DNA of 64,000 bases. It comes from an uncultured beta proteobacterium. Its GTDB lineage: Bacteria > Pseudomonadota > Gammaproteobacteria > Burkholderiales > Eutrophovitaceae. The position numbers and the translations under genes were made by a program. The stretch lies in NCBI GenBank assembly GCA_963792855.1, contig CAWBXZ010000001.1, positions 65,109 through 129,108 on the forward strand. The letters are read 5' to 3'. The notes below the pieces were generated by a model. That model had not been told where the DNA came from. It saw only the letters and a program-made list of their open reading frames with translations, and ran no database searches. Within the stretch, counting starts at the first letter, position 1, and every line of letters starts with the position of its first letter. Below are positions 36,615 through 45,970 of the stretch, piece by piece.

Positions 36615-38336
36615 GTGGATTTCGCAAATCATGCCGTACTGATCGGTGCCGTGCTGGTGATGCTCAGCATCCTCGCCAGCATCGTTGCACAGCGCACCGG
36701 CGCTCCGTTGTTGCTGGTGTTTCTCGGTATCGGCATGATGGCCGGCGTCGAAGGGGCCGGTGGTATCGGTTTCCACAGTTTCGAGGCGGCATATCTGGTT
36801 GGCACCATTGCGCTGGCCGTCATCCTTTTCGACGGGGGGATGCGCACGCGGGCAGAGAGTTCGCGTGTCGGTTTGCGTCCGGCGTTGTCGCTCGCAACTG
36901 TTGGCGTCGTAATGACGGCCGGTATTGTCGGCGCGGCGGCCAGTTGGCTGCTTGACTTCGACTGGCGCCAGGGATTGTTGATCGGCGCAATCGTCGGGTC
37001 GACCGATGCCGCAGCGGTGTTCTCGCTTTTGCATTCGCGCGGAATGCACCTCAAGCAGCGCGTTGGCACGACGCTGGAAATCGAATCCGGTTGCAACGAC
37101 CCGATGGCCGTCTTTTTGACATTGGTATTCGTTACTGCGGTGCAGACTGGCGCTACCGCGATTGAAGCCTCGGTCATCGGCAATTTCGTATATCAGTTCG
37201 GCCTGGGCGCGTTGATCGGGTTCGGCGGGGGACGAGCGCTTGCCTGGCTGATCTCGCGTGTCAATCTGACTGTCGGCTTGTATCCACTGCTCGCCGCGGC
37301 CGGCGGACTGACTGTTTACGGATTGACGACGGTGGCGGGAGCGAGTGGTTTTCTGGCGATCTACATTGCCGGGCTGGTACTTGGCAATACCCGAATGCAT
37401 GCGGCCAACAACATTCGCCGGGTGCACGACGGGCTGGCCTGGCTGTCGCAAATCACCCTGTTTCTGATGCTGGGTTTGCTGGTCACGCCAAGCGCGCTGT
37501 TTTCCACCTGGCACGTGGGACTGCTGGTCGCGGCGGTACTGATTTTCATCGCTCGTCCGCTGGCCGTGTGGGTCAGCCTGTTGCCGTTTTATTTCCCGTG
37601 GCGCGAGCAGATGTTTATCAGCTGGGTGGGATTGCGCGGCGCGGTGCCGATTGTATTGGCGACCTTTCCGGTGCTCGGCGGCATCGCCGGCGGCCAGCTG
37701 TATTTCAATATCGCGTTCTTTGTCGTCCTCGCCTCGTTGCTGATACAGGGATGGACGGTGGCACCGCTGGCGGAAAAACTGCGGCTCCGGCTGCCGCGCG
37801 AGCACGCGCCCTACTATTCCGAAAGCCTGGAAGTGCCGGGGCATTCGGACCTGATGATCGTCGGCTACCGCATCGCTGCCCAGAGCCCCGCCGTGGGCCA
37901 TCGCATCGGCGAGCTGATGCTGCCCGAGGACGTGCGCATCGTGGCTGCCTTTCGCCAGGGAAAGGCAATCGAGGCGTTGGCGCATTTCGCGGTAGCGGCG
38001 AACGATTTTCTGTACGTGATTACGCCGCAGGAGCACGCCCATCTGGTGGATCAGATGCTGGTGCCCGTCGATGACGCGGAAGTGCACGAGCAGGCCGCTT
38101 ACTTCGGGGACTTCACGCTCAACGGCGACGCCCGAATGGAAGAGGTTGCAGGCATGTACGGGGCCAGTGTGCCGCCGCTCGCAAAAGGCCTGACTCTGGC
38201 GGAGTTCCTGGATCGCCGGTTCCACAAGCGCTGCGTGGTCGGCGATCGCGTTTTTCTCGGTGCAATGGAACTGGTGGTGCGCGAGATGGACAACGGGACC
38301 GTCAACAAGGTCGGTGTGCGGGTTCTGCGCCGCTGA
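36615..38336 (+). CDS. K+/H+ antiporter NhaP2/CvrA (CPA1 family) with C-terminal TrkA_C-like domain
   Basis: 573 aa with a GTG start. It has LLLVFLGIGMMAGVEG...ILFDGGMRT and multiple TM segments, then a soluble tail. Confidence 0.8.
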   Translation: MDFANHAVLIGAVLVMLSILASIVAQRTGAPLLLVFLGIGMMAGVEGAGGIGFHSFEAAYLVGTIALAVILFDGGMRTRAESSRVGLRPALSLATVGVVMTAGIVGAAASWLLDFDWRQGLLIGAIVGSTDAAAVFSLLHSRGMHLKQRVGTTLEIESGCNDPMAVFLTLVFVTAVQTGATAIEASVIGNFVYQFGLGALIGFGGGRALAWLISRVNLTVGLYPLLAAAGGLTVYGLTTVAGASGFLAIYIAGLVLGNTRMHAANNIRRVHDGLAWLSQITLFLMLGLLVTPSALFSTWHVGLLVAAVLIFIARPLAVWVSLLPFYFPWREQMFISWVGLRGAVPIVLATFPVLGGIAGGQLYFNIAFFVVLASLLIQGWTVAPLAEKLRLRLPREHAPYYSESLEVPGHSDLMIVGYRIAAQSPAVGHRIGELMLPEDVRIVAAFRQGKAIEALAHFAVAANDFLYVITPQEHAHLVDQMLVPVDDAEVHEQAAYFGDFTLNGDARMEEVAGMYGASVPPLAKGLTLAEFLDRRFHKRCVVGDRVFLGAMELVVREMDNGTVNKVGVRVLRR

Positions 38337-38521
38337 CCGTGTTCTGTCCCGAACAGTGATACGCCGTTCATTCTCATGCGACGCGGATTCGTTGGCGCAG
38401 CGTTTTCAACACCCGTGCGTGGTGCGACTACGACATGAGAGGGCGAGCCTGTCACAATAGGCACATGGACGCTTTGACAGGCAGGCGCCCGCCCGGAACC
38501 AATTGAAGGCTTGGGACAAAC

Positions 38522-39724
38522 ATGGCAGAGGCATTCATTTGTGCAGCAGTACGAACCCCGATCGGCCGATACGGCGGTGCGCTGTCATCGGTGCGGACCG
38601 ATGATCTGGCAGCCATCCCGTTGAAGGCGCTCAGCGATCGCCACGCGACGGTCGACTGGGAGGCGCTCGATGACGTCGTTTTCGGCTGCGCCAATCAGGC
38701 CGGCGAAGACAATCGTAATGTTGCGCGGATGGCGCTGCTGCTCGCCGGATTGCCGGAGGCCGTTCCCGGGGCCACGGTCAATCGTCTGTGCGGGTCCGGG
38801 ATGGATGCTGTGGGCATTGCTGCGCGCGCCATCAAGTCCGGGGAGGCGCAGCTGATGATTGCTGGCGGCGTCGAGAGCATGTCACGCGCGCCATTCGTGA
38901 TGCCGAAAGCGGCAAGCGCGTTCTCCCGCAGCAATGCGGTGTACGACACGACCATCGGCTGGCGCTTTGTCAATCCACTGATGCAGCGCCTGTATGGCAC
39001 CGATTCGATGCCGGAAACGGCAGAGAACGTTGCCGCCGACTACGGTATTTCGCGTACTGACCAGGATAGTTTTGCCCTGCGCTCTCAGCAAAAAGCCGCG
39101 CAGGCGCAGGCCAATGGCCGGTTGGCGAAGGAGATCGTGTCGGTCAGTGTGCCGCAACGCAAAGGCGATCCACTGATTGTCCAGCACGACGAGCATCCAC
39201 GCGCGACCTCGATGGAGGAACTGGCAAGACTGAAGGGCGTGGTCACCGCGGATGGCACGGTCACGCCGGGCAATGCGTCCGGCGTCAACGACGGCGCCTG
39301 TGCCCTCGTCCTGGCCAGTGAAACAGCGATGAAGCAGCACGCACTGACGCCGATGGCCCGCGTGGTGGCGGTCGCAACCGCCGGGTGCGCGCCGCGCATC
39401 ATGGGTATCGGGCCGGTGCCCGCGACGCGAAAACTGCTGTCGCTGACGGGCATCAAGCTCGATGCGGTTGATGTGATCGAACTGAACGAAGCGTTCGCGG
39501 CGCAAGGTCTGGCGGTGTTACGCGAACTTGGCGTGAAGGACGACGATCCTCGAGTCAATCCCAATGGCGGCGCCATCGCCCTCGGTCATCCGCTCGGCAT
39601 GAGCGGCGCGAGGCTGGTGACTACGGCAGTACATGAATTGCAGCAGAGCAAGGGGCGCTATGCGCTGGCGACGATGTGTATTGGCGTCGGACAGGGCATC
39701 GCCGCAATGATCGAGCGAGTCTGA
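38522..39724 (+). CDS. 3-oxoadipyl-CoA thiolase / acetyl-CoA C-acyltransferase (PcaF/PaaJ-like)
   Basis: MAEAFICAAVRTPIGRYGGALSSVRTDDLAA..., the active-site NRLCGSG, and the C-terminal CIGVGQG are thiolase hallmarks. Confidence 0.85.
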   Translation: MAEAFICAAVRTPIGRYGGALSSVRTDDLAAIPLKALSDRHATVDWEALDDVVFGCANQAGEDNRNVARMALLLAGLPEAVPGATVNRLCGSGMDAVGIAARAIKSGEAQLMIAGGVESMSRAPFVMPKAASAFSRSNAVYDTTIGWRFVNPLMQRLYGTDSMPETAENVAADYGISRTDQDSFALRSQQKAAQAQANGRLAKEIVSVSVPQRKGDPLIVQHDEHPRATSMEELARLKGVVTADGTVTPGNASGVNDGACALVLASETAMKQHALTPMARVVAVATAGCAPRIMGIGPVPATRKLLSLTGIKLDAVDVIELNEAFAAQGLAVLRELGVKDDDPRVNPNGGAIALGHPLGMSGARLVTTAVHELQQSKGRYALATMCIGVGQGIAAMIERV

Positions 39725-39755
39725 CCGGGGCGTAATCGATTGGAAGGGGGGGCTC

Positions 39756-40631
39756 ATGCAGGACCGAACAGCACAGGATTTGACCCGGGCGGTGCTGGCA
39801 AGGCTGGACGGCACGTCCGACGCGCGTTTCAAACAGATCATGACCTGCCTCGTGACGCACCTGCACGATTTTGTACGAGAGACGGAGTTGTCCGAGTCGG
39901 AGTGGGCGGAGGCAATCCGGTTCCTGACCGCAACCGGACAGAAATGCGACGACAGGCGCCAGGAGTTCATACTGCTGTCCGATACGCTTGGCATTTCAAT
40001 GCTGGTCGATGCGATCAATCATCGAAAGCCGGCCGGCGCGACCGAGTCGACGGTGCTCGGCCCGTTCCATGTTCAGGGAGCACCTGAAATGCCAAATGGT
40101 GCCAACATTGCCGAGGGAGTCCCTGGTGAGCCGGTTCTTTTCTCGGGCAAGGTAACGGCAACCGATGGCAAAGCGATTCCGGGCGCAACACTGGACGTTT
40201 GGTCTACGGATGGCGAAGGGCAGTACGACGTGCAGCGCCCGGGCAACGAAACGCGTGCGCGTGGCCGGATCAACTGCGATGCGCAAGGCCGTTACGCATT
40301 CTGGACCGTCAAGCCGGTCAGTTATCCGATTCCCGTCGACGGTCCGGTCGGGAAAATGCTGCTCAAGATGGGGCGGCATCCTTACCGTCCCGCGCATACG
40401 CACATGATCGTGTCGGCACCCGGATTCGAGCCGGTGACAACGCACCTGTTCGTCAGGGGAGACCCTTACCTCGAGTCGGACGCGGTATTCGCGGTGAAGG
40501 ACTCTTTGGTGGTCGATTTTGTCTCGCACGAGCCGGGCGTCGCGCCTGATGGCCGCAACGTTGAAAAGTCCTGGTGGTCGGTTCAATATGATTTCGGGCT
40601 GTCGAGGGCGGTTCCCGCTGGCGGTCGATGA
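39756..40631 (+). CDS. Intradiol ring-cleavage dioxygenase (hydroxyquinol/catechol 1,2-dioxygenase-like)
   Basis: The N-terminal dioxygenase_N pattern is RFKQIMTCLVTHLHDFVRETELSESEWAEAIRFLTATGQ...RQEFILLSDTLG. The catalytic region is ...LDVWSTDGEGQYD...YPIP...HPYRPAHTH. Confidence 0.8.
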   Translation: MQDRTAQDLTRAVLARLDGTSDARFKQIMTCLVTHLHDFVRETELSESEWAEAIRFLTATGQKCDDRRQEFILLSDTLGISMLVDAINHRKPAGATESTVLGPFHVQGAPEMPNGANIAEGVPGEPVLFSGKVTATDGKAIPGATLDVWSTDGEGQYDVQRPGNETRARGRINCDAQGRYAFWTVKPVSYPIPVDGPVGKMLLKMGRHPYRPAHTHMIVSAPGFEPVTTHLFVRGDPYLESDAVFAVKDSLVVDFVSHEPGVAPDGRNVEKSWWSVQYDFGLSRAVPAGGR

Positions 40632-40761
40632 CTTGCCGTGGTTCCCTGCATGGCGAAGCTGTGATTGAGCGGGACGGTGCAGCCAGGGGCGGTGTGCATG
40701 CCGGTGGTGCGGGTCAGTGGCCATGTTTGCGGCTGCCGTATTGTTGCAGGAGGAGGTTGGT

Positions 40762-41352
40762 ATGCAGCACGAAGCGATATCCCTGATCAAGGCCGAACAC
40801 CGCGCGCTTGCCGCGGTCATCGATGCAATGACCCACGTGGTGCGCAAGGCCGGGGAAACCGGCAAGGACCCGGATTTCAGATTGCTGCACGCGATGCTCT
40901 ATTATCTGCGCGAGTTTCCCGAACGGCGCCATCACCCGAGCGAGGACGCGTCGCTGTTTGCGTTGCTGATGCAACGGTGCAGTGCGGCGGATGAGATCAT
41001 CCGCGAACTGGAGGCAGAGCATGACCTGGGTGAGTCGATGCTGGCGATGCTGACGGTTGCCCTGAGTACCTGGGAGGCCGGACGCCCCGACGGTGTGAGC
41101 CGATTTGCTGCCGCGCTGAAACGCTTCAGCGAGTTCTACTGGCGGCATATGGACGCCGAAGAAAACCAGGTGCTGCCGATCGCCCAGAAAGAACTGACCG
41201 AAGAAGACTGGCGTCAGGTCAGGGACACCTTTGCCACCCATGCCGATCCGTTGCTTGGCAAACGGCTCGGCGACGAGTTTGACGCGTTGTTTTCCGATAT
41301 CGTGTTGATGACGCCGGCGCCGATCGGTCTGGGCGAACCGCGCCGTTCCTGA
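40762..41352 (+). CDS. Hemerythrin (HHE cation-binding) domain protein
   Basis: MQHEAISLIKAEHRAL...HHPSED...ELEAEHD...FYWRHMDAEE shows His/Glu ligand spacing typical of hemerythrin-like domains. GGAGGAGG lies upstream. Confidence 0.7.
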   Translation: MQHEAISLIKAEHRALAAVIDAMTHVVRKAGETGKDPDFRLLHAMLYYLREFPERRHHPSEDASLFALLMQRCSAADEIIRELEAEHDLGESMLAMLTVALSTWEAGRPDGVSRFAAALKRFSEFYWRHMDAEENQVLPIAQKELTEEDWRQVRDTFATHADPLLGKRLGDEFDALFSDIVLMTPAPIGLGEPRRS

Positions 41353-41393
41353 TGCCCGGCCGCGCCTGTCTGGCGGGTGTCATTACGCCGGCT

Positions 41394-43209
41394 TCAGGCC
41401 GTTCCCAGCCACGCGCGCCGCTCTTTGGCGGGTGCCTTGTCGTCCGCTACGCTGAGAAAACAGGTGTCGCGCGATGGTGCGCGCGCCTCGACATCGAATT
41501 GCATTAATTCGTCGCGTCGGAACGCGTGGATGCGCAGTTGCCGTCCGGTGCTGCGTCTCGACAGCAGCTTTTCAAGGTTTTTTTCGTTGACCCTCAGATC
41601 ATCGATCGCGACGATGACATCGCCGGCCGACAGGCCAGCGTGCTGCGCGCTGCCGCCGTCGAGAATATGGCTGATTCTGACCTCACCTGCCGTGGCTTGC
41701 GTGCGTATGCCGAGGTCAGTGCGCCCGGCTTCATGAGGCATTGCCGCGTTGGATCCTGGCTTGCCGCCACGATCCGTCATCGACTCGGCGTGGCGCCAGT
41801 TCAGTTCGATGCCGACGTGCTGCAAAACCCGCGACAGGGGCAGTTCGCCGGTGCCGTGCACGGCGGATTCAAAGAAGCGGCCGAGCCTGACGCCACTGAC
41901 TTGCTCCGCAACCTGTTCGATCCCGTCTTCCGGAACGCCAATGCCGCTGCGCCCGTATCGCTTCCACAGTATGCGCATCACGTGGTCGAGCGAACGGCGG
42001 CCCCCGGTCTTCTGGCGTATGAGCAGGTCGAGGCATAAAGCGATCAAACTGCCTTTGGCGTAGTAACTGACAATGGCATTTGGCGCGTTCTCGTCCTGGC
42101 GGTAGAACTTGGTCCAGGCGTCGAAGCTCGAATCGGCGACCGATTGTTTCAGTCTGCCGTTGCCGCGTTGCACCTGTGTAATGGTCTTGCCAAGCCCTTC
42201 GAGATAGGCATCGCGTGATATGAGACCGGAGCGCACGAGCATCAGGTCGTCGTAATAAGAGGTGATGCCTTCGAAGGCCCACAGTAGCCGCGTGTGGTTC
42301 TCGTGGTCGAGGTCGTACGGCGTGAACGCCTCGGGTTTGATGCGCTTGACATTCCAGGTGTGAAAATATTCGTGAGAGCACAGTCCGAGAAAAGTGCGGT
42401 AGCGCTCATCGGGCGTTGCAAGCCCGCGATGCGGCAAGTCGTCGCGGCTGCAGATCAGCGACGTGGAGGCCCGATGTTCGAGTCCGCCGTAGCCCTCGCC
42501 AACGGCGAGCGTCAGGAACACATAGCGTTTCATCGGCGCTTCGCCCCAGAACGCGATCTGTTTCTCGCAAAGTTGCTTCAGGTCTCCTGTCAGGCGTTTC
42601 ATGTCGGCATCGTGACGGCCGCTGATGATCAACTCGTGCGGTACCCCCGCGGCGCGGAAAGTCGCCAGCGAGAAGTCACCCATTTCAACCGGATGGTCGA
42701 TCAGTTCGTCGTAGTTTTCGGCGCAAAATCGGCCAAAACCGTACGGCTTCGCGCCATTGCGCGTCATCGCAGTGGCGGTGCGCCAGTTGCTTGTAGCGCG
42801 CGCCCGCCGGCGCCTGAATTTCCACCAGGTGGCGCAATTCCTCGGCGCCGTGGATGCGCAGGAACACACAAGTGCCATTGAAGAAGCCGCGAGTGGTGTC
42901 CAGATAAGCGCCCCGCACCGACAGGTCGAACGCATAGACTTCGTATTCGATCGTCAGCGGTCCTGCGCAAGGTTCAGCGACCCATGTGTTCTTGTTCAGT
43001 TTGGTAACCGGTACTTCGTGCCGCCCGCTGCGCGCGCGGATGCGCACCACATGGCGAGCGAACTCGCGCAGCAGGTAGCTGCCGGGGATCCAGGCCGGCA
43101 TTGAGAACTGCTGGCCGCCCGGATCGGGAGTATCAACGACGCAGGAGACCCCGAAAAGATGCGCCTCGGGACTGGCGGGAAAAATCGTGTAACGAACGGT
43201 TGGCGTCAT
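41394..43209 (-). pseudogene. M61 glycyl aminopeptidase-family metallopeptidase with C-terminal PDZ domain, frame broken near 42788-42793
   Basis: The N-terminus, MTPTVRYTIFPASPEAHLF...LVEIQAPAGARYK (frame of ORF 42685..43821), joins NWRTATAMTRNGAKPYGFGRF...EHRAST...CSHEYFHTWNVKRIKP... (ORF 41394..42935). The HEYFH zinc motif and the PDZ-like AGLSAGDVIVAIDD are present. There is one surplus base in tac aag-c-aac tgg. Confidence 0.75.
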
Positions 43210-43433
43210 GTATTGCCTTGTCCTGATTCCGGAAGTTCCGGGCTCGTAAAAGCCGATGGTGGAAAGTGTCTGTGCATGCCTGCCCGCGCGCCGCAGACGT
43301 CCGCATGCGGGTTTCTCCCGGGCAAGCCTGAGGTGCGCGAAAAAGCAATCCGATTCAAGTGCAAATGCGCATGAACGGGCGTATCTTAACGTGGTCTCAT
43401 GATGATATTGGCCCTTTAACGGGAAGCTCTCAG

Positions 43434-43883
43434 ATGATAGACGTGCTGTGGATGACGAACACGCCGGTGCGTGATGCCTGGCCAGCGGGGATGATCGCCC
43501 GGATTCGAGACATTGCGAACGCGAAAACCGCCATAGCCGCAATGGGATTTGCCGTGTTGTGGTGCTTGTTTTCGTCGATCCCGTTTGCGATCGCGCAGGC
43601 GGCAGACCAGCCCGCACCTGCCGTGTCGGTGATCGAACCCACGGCCGGCGCCGCTGGGAAAGATAGCGGAGAAGCGGGATTGAGCGCGGCACGCCGTCCC
43701 GAAGTGGGTATGTCGCTACAGGAAGCGCTCGCGCTGGTGGGGGACGATCCGGACTCGCAGGAAGAAGTCGGTGCCGCTTGCGGCATGCTGGATGTGTTGA
43801 CCTGGGACAAGGACGGCACAAAGATCATCAGTGTGGATGGCACCGTCACTTCAATCGTCGACGGGAAGAAAAAACAGCCGTGA
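43434..43883 (+). CDS. Small secreted hypothetical protein
   Basis: It has a signal-like segment (AIAAMGFAVLWCLFSSIPFAIAQA). The C-terminal ~60 aa (GMSLQEALALVGDDPDS...DKDGTKIISVDGTVTSIV) is reminiscent of BamE/SmpA-like small domains. The start is uncertain (43434, 43452 or 43491). Confidence 0.4.
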   Translation: MIDVLWMTNTPVRDAWPAGMIARIRDIANAKTAIAAMGFAVLWCLFSSIPFAIAQAADQPAPAVSVIEPTAGAAGKDSGEAGLSAARRPEVGMSLQEALALVGDDPDSQEEVGAACGMLDVLTWDKDGTKIISVDGTVTSIVDGKKKQP

Positions 43884-43950
43884 CCGGTGTGCGCCCGCGC
43901 CGAGCAACCCGGTCCGGATACAAACGGAGCCGTTGCGAACGGGCGCCGTT

Positions 43951-45132
43951 TCAACCAGGCTGACTGCCGGCGTTGGCTTGCCCCAGAAAGTCCAGCAACA
44001 GACTTGCGACTTTTCCGGATTGCTCCTGCTGTACCCAGTGACCCGCACCTCCGACGAGATGAATATCGCGCATTGCGGTACAGGTTTCGTGCTGCATCGT
44101 TTCCATGCTGCCCGGCTTCTGGTAAATCCCCCAGTCTTTTTCACCGGCAATGAAACAGGAAGGTACGTCGATGGATCGGCCGGAAAACAGGCGCAATTCG
44201 GCGGCGTTCAGTCCGCTCGTCATGCAGCGGTACCACTGTAACCCCCCCTGGAAGCCGTTGCGCGCGTACTCGTTGTTGTAGACGCGTAACTCTTCGTCAG
44301 GCAGCCATTGGCAGGCGGCGATGTCGGCAGGTGAGGGCATTTCCGGGGCGACCGTCTCCGCCATGTTCTGTTCGAGCCGCATGATGTAGTAGGTCGGCAT
44401 TTTCGCCAGTTCGCTTGCACTCCATCCCCCGAGGGGAAATGGGTTGTTGTGCTTCCAGTCTGCACTCTTGTGATGGTAGTAGGCGCGCATGAAATCGTGC
44501 ACGCCCTGCGGACAACGACGCATGTCGTCGTTTGCCTCGCGGGTCGAGTAGTACCAGTGGTAGTGCTTGCGCGGCGGGTCCAGAGCCGCCATGTCGGTGT
44601 GTATGTCGCCAGCCTCGGCAGGTTTGGTGCAAGCTGCTTCGGCGGTGGCGAATGAAAACTTCGGTGCGCCGGTAAACGGTGCGCTCATCATTACCACGGA
44701 ACGGAATATGTCCGGGCGGATGAGCGCGCTGCAGCCTGCAACGCCGGATCCTGCGTCGTGGCCGATCACGGCTTCAACCGACTGGCAGCCCATGGCGGAA
44801 AGCAGGCCCAGCGTGTCGCGCACGAGGTTGAGCAGGCCGAACGGCCGGATATCGCCGTCGTAGCTGTGGTCCCAACCGGTGGTGCGCCCGTAACCACGTT
44901 GATCGGGGGCGATCACGTGGAAGCCGGCGGCTGCCAGCGCGGGCATCACCTTGCGCCAGCTATACGCCAATTCCGGGAAACCGTGGAGCAGCAACAAACA
45001 AGGGCGATTGCCGCGCTCATGGCCGGCTTCAAGGACGTGCATCGTCAGGCCGTTGTTGTTTTCGACAAAACGGGATCGAATGCCGGTCGGGAGGGGAATA
45101 TCGCCGTAGGCGGTGCGGGTGGTCATGGGCAT
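43951..45132 (-). CDS. Alpha/beta hydrolase, epoxide-hydrolase-like
   Basis: LLLLHGFPELAYSWRKVMPALAAAGFHVIAPDQRGYGRT and GHDAGSG (nucleophile region) indicate the family, with a large cap insertion. The start is at 45132 or 45126. Confidence 0.75.
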   Translation of the reverse strand: MPMTTRTAYGDIPLPTGIRSRFVENNNGLTMHVLEAGHERGNRPCLLLLHGFPELAYSWRKVMPALAAAGFHVIAPDQRGYGRTTGWDHSYDGDIRPFGLLNLVRDTLGLLSAMGCQSVEAVIGHDAGSGVAGCSALIRPDIFRSVVMMSAPFTGAPKFSFATAEAACTKPAEAGDIHTDMAALDPPRKHYHWYYSTREANDDMRRCPQGVHDFMRAYYHHKSADWKHNNPFPLGGWSASELAKMPTYYIMRLEQNMAETVAPEMPSPADIAACQWLPDEELRVYNNEYARNGFQGGLQWYRCMTSGLNAAELRLFSGRSIDVPSCFIAGEKDWGIYQKPGSMETMQHETCTAMRDIHLVGGAGHWVQQEQSGKVASLLLDFLGQANAGSQPG

Positions 45133-45359
45133 TCGTGTCCGTTGGGAAATGGATGGATGCAGATGCGTCATTCTTGCACACGCACCATTGACCCGGAACA
45201 GCGTTGACTTGGCCGGCCATGGCCGTTGTCGGTGCGCCGCTTCGTCTGCTCTCGCCGTTCTTTCGCGCTTTCCTGTTTTGCCGTCCGGGCCAGTATTCGC
45301 CGGCCGGCATTATCGTCCCGGTTACAATTTTCCGGTTCAGTCATTCTGTTGGTTTTTCC

Positions 45360-45869
45360 ATGGCGGCTTCGCTCCGGGTAATCCACGCCGATATTACGAC
45401 GCTGGATGTCGACGCAATCGTCAACGCTGCGAACCGGTCGTTGTTGGGCGGCGGTGGCGTCGACGGGGCGATCCATCGTGCCGCCGGCCCCGGGCTTCTT
45501 GAGGCCTGCCGCAGCCTTGGCGGTTGCGCGGTCGGTGAGGCGAAAGTGACGCCGGGTTTTCGCCTGCGCGCGAGATACGTCGTGCACACCGTGGGGCCGG
45601 TTTGGCGTGGCGGCAGACAACGGGAAGCGGATTTGCTGGCGTCCTGCTATCGGTGCAGCATCGATGTGGCGGCAGAGCACGCCGTCGGGCGGCTGGCTTT
45701 CCCATGTATCAGTACCGGTGTTTACGGCTATCCGCCGGAGCTCGCGGCCGAGGTGGCGGTACGCGCCGTCAGGTCCGCGGTGCAACGGCACGAGTGCTTG
45801 CGTGAAGTGACGTTTTGCTGCTTCGCTGCGGCAGATGCGGAAGTTTACCGGCGGCTGCTCGAAGATTGA
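45360..45869 (+). CDS. ymdB: Macro-domain protein, O-acetyl-ADP-ribose deacetylase (YmdB-like)
   Basis: VIHADITTLDVDAIVNAANRSLLGGGGVDGAIHRAAG...FPCISTGVYGYP are canonical macro-domain motifs. Confidence 0.8.
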   Translation: MAASLRVIHADITTLDVDAIVNAANRSLLGGGGVDGAIHRAAGPGLLEACRSLGGCAVGEAKVTPGFRLRARYVVHTVGPVWRGGRQREADLLASCYRCSIDVAAEHAVGRLAFPCISTGVYGYPPELAAEVAVRAVRSAVQRHECLREVTFCCFAAADAEVYRRLLED

Positions 45870-45970
45870 GCGTTGCGCCCTCCGCCTGGCGGTGGTCGGG
45901 TTGATCAAGCGCAACTGTTCTGCGGCATGCAAGTGTAGTCTTGCGACGGTCGAACGCAGGAAAGATTCGT

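Noticed and set aside
36507-38225. 572-aa ORF on the minus strand
   Set aside because: It is antisense to the NhaP2 antiporter gene. It is extremely Arg/Gln/His-rich, with no membrane or enzyme motifs, so it is a shadow ORF.
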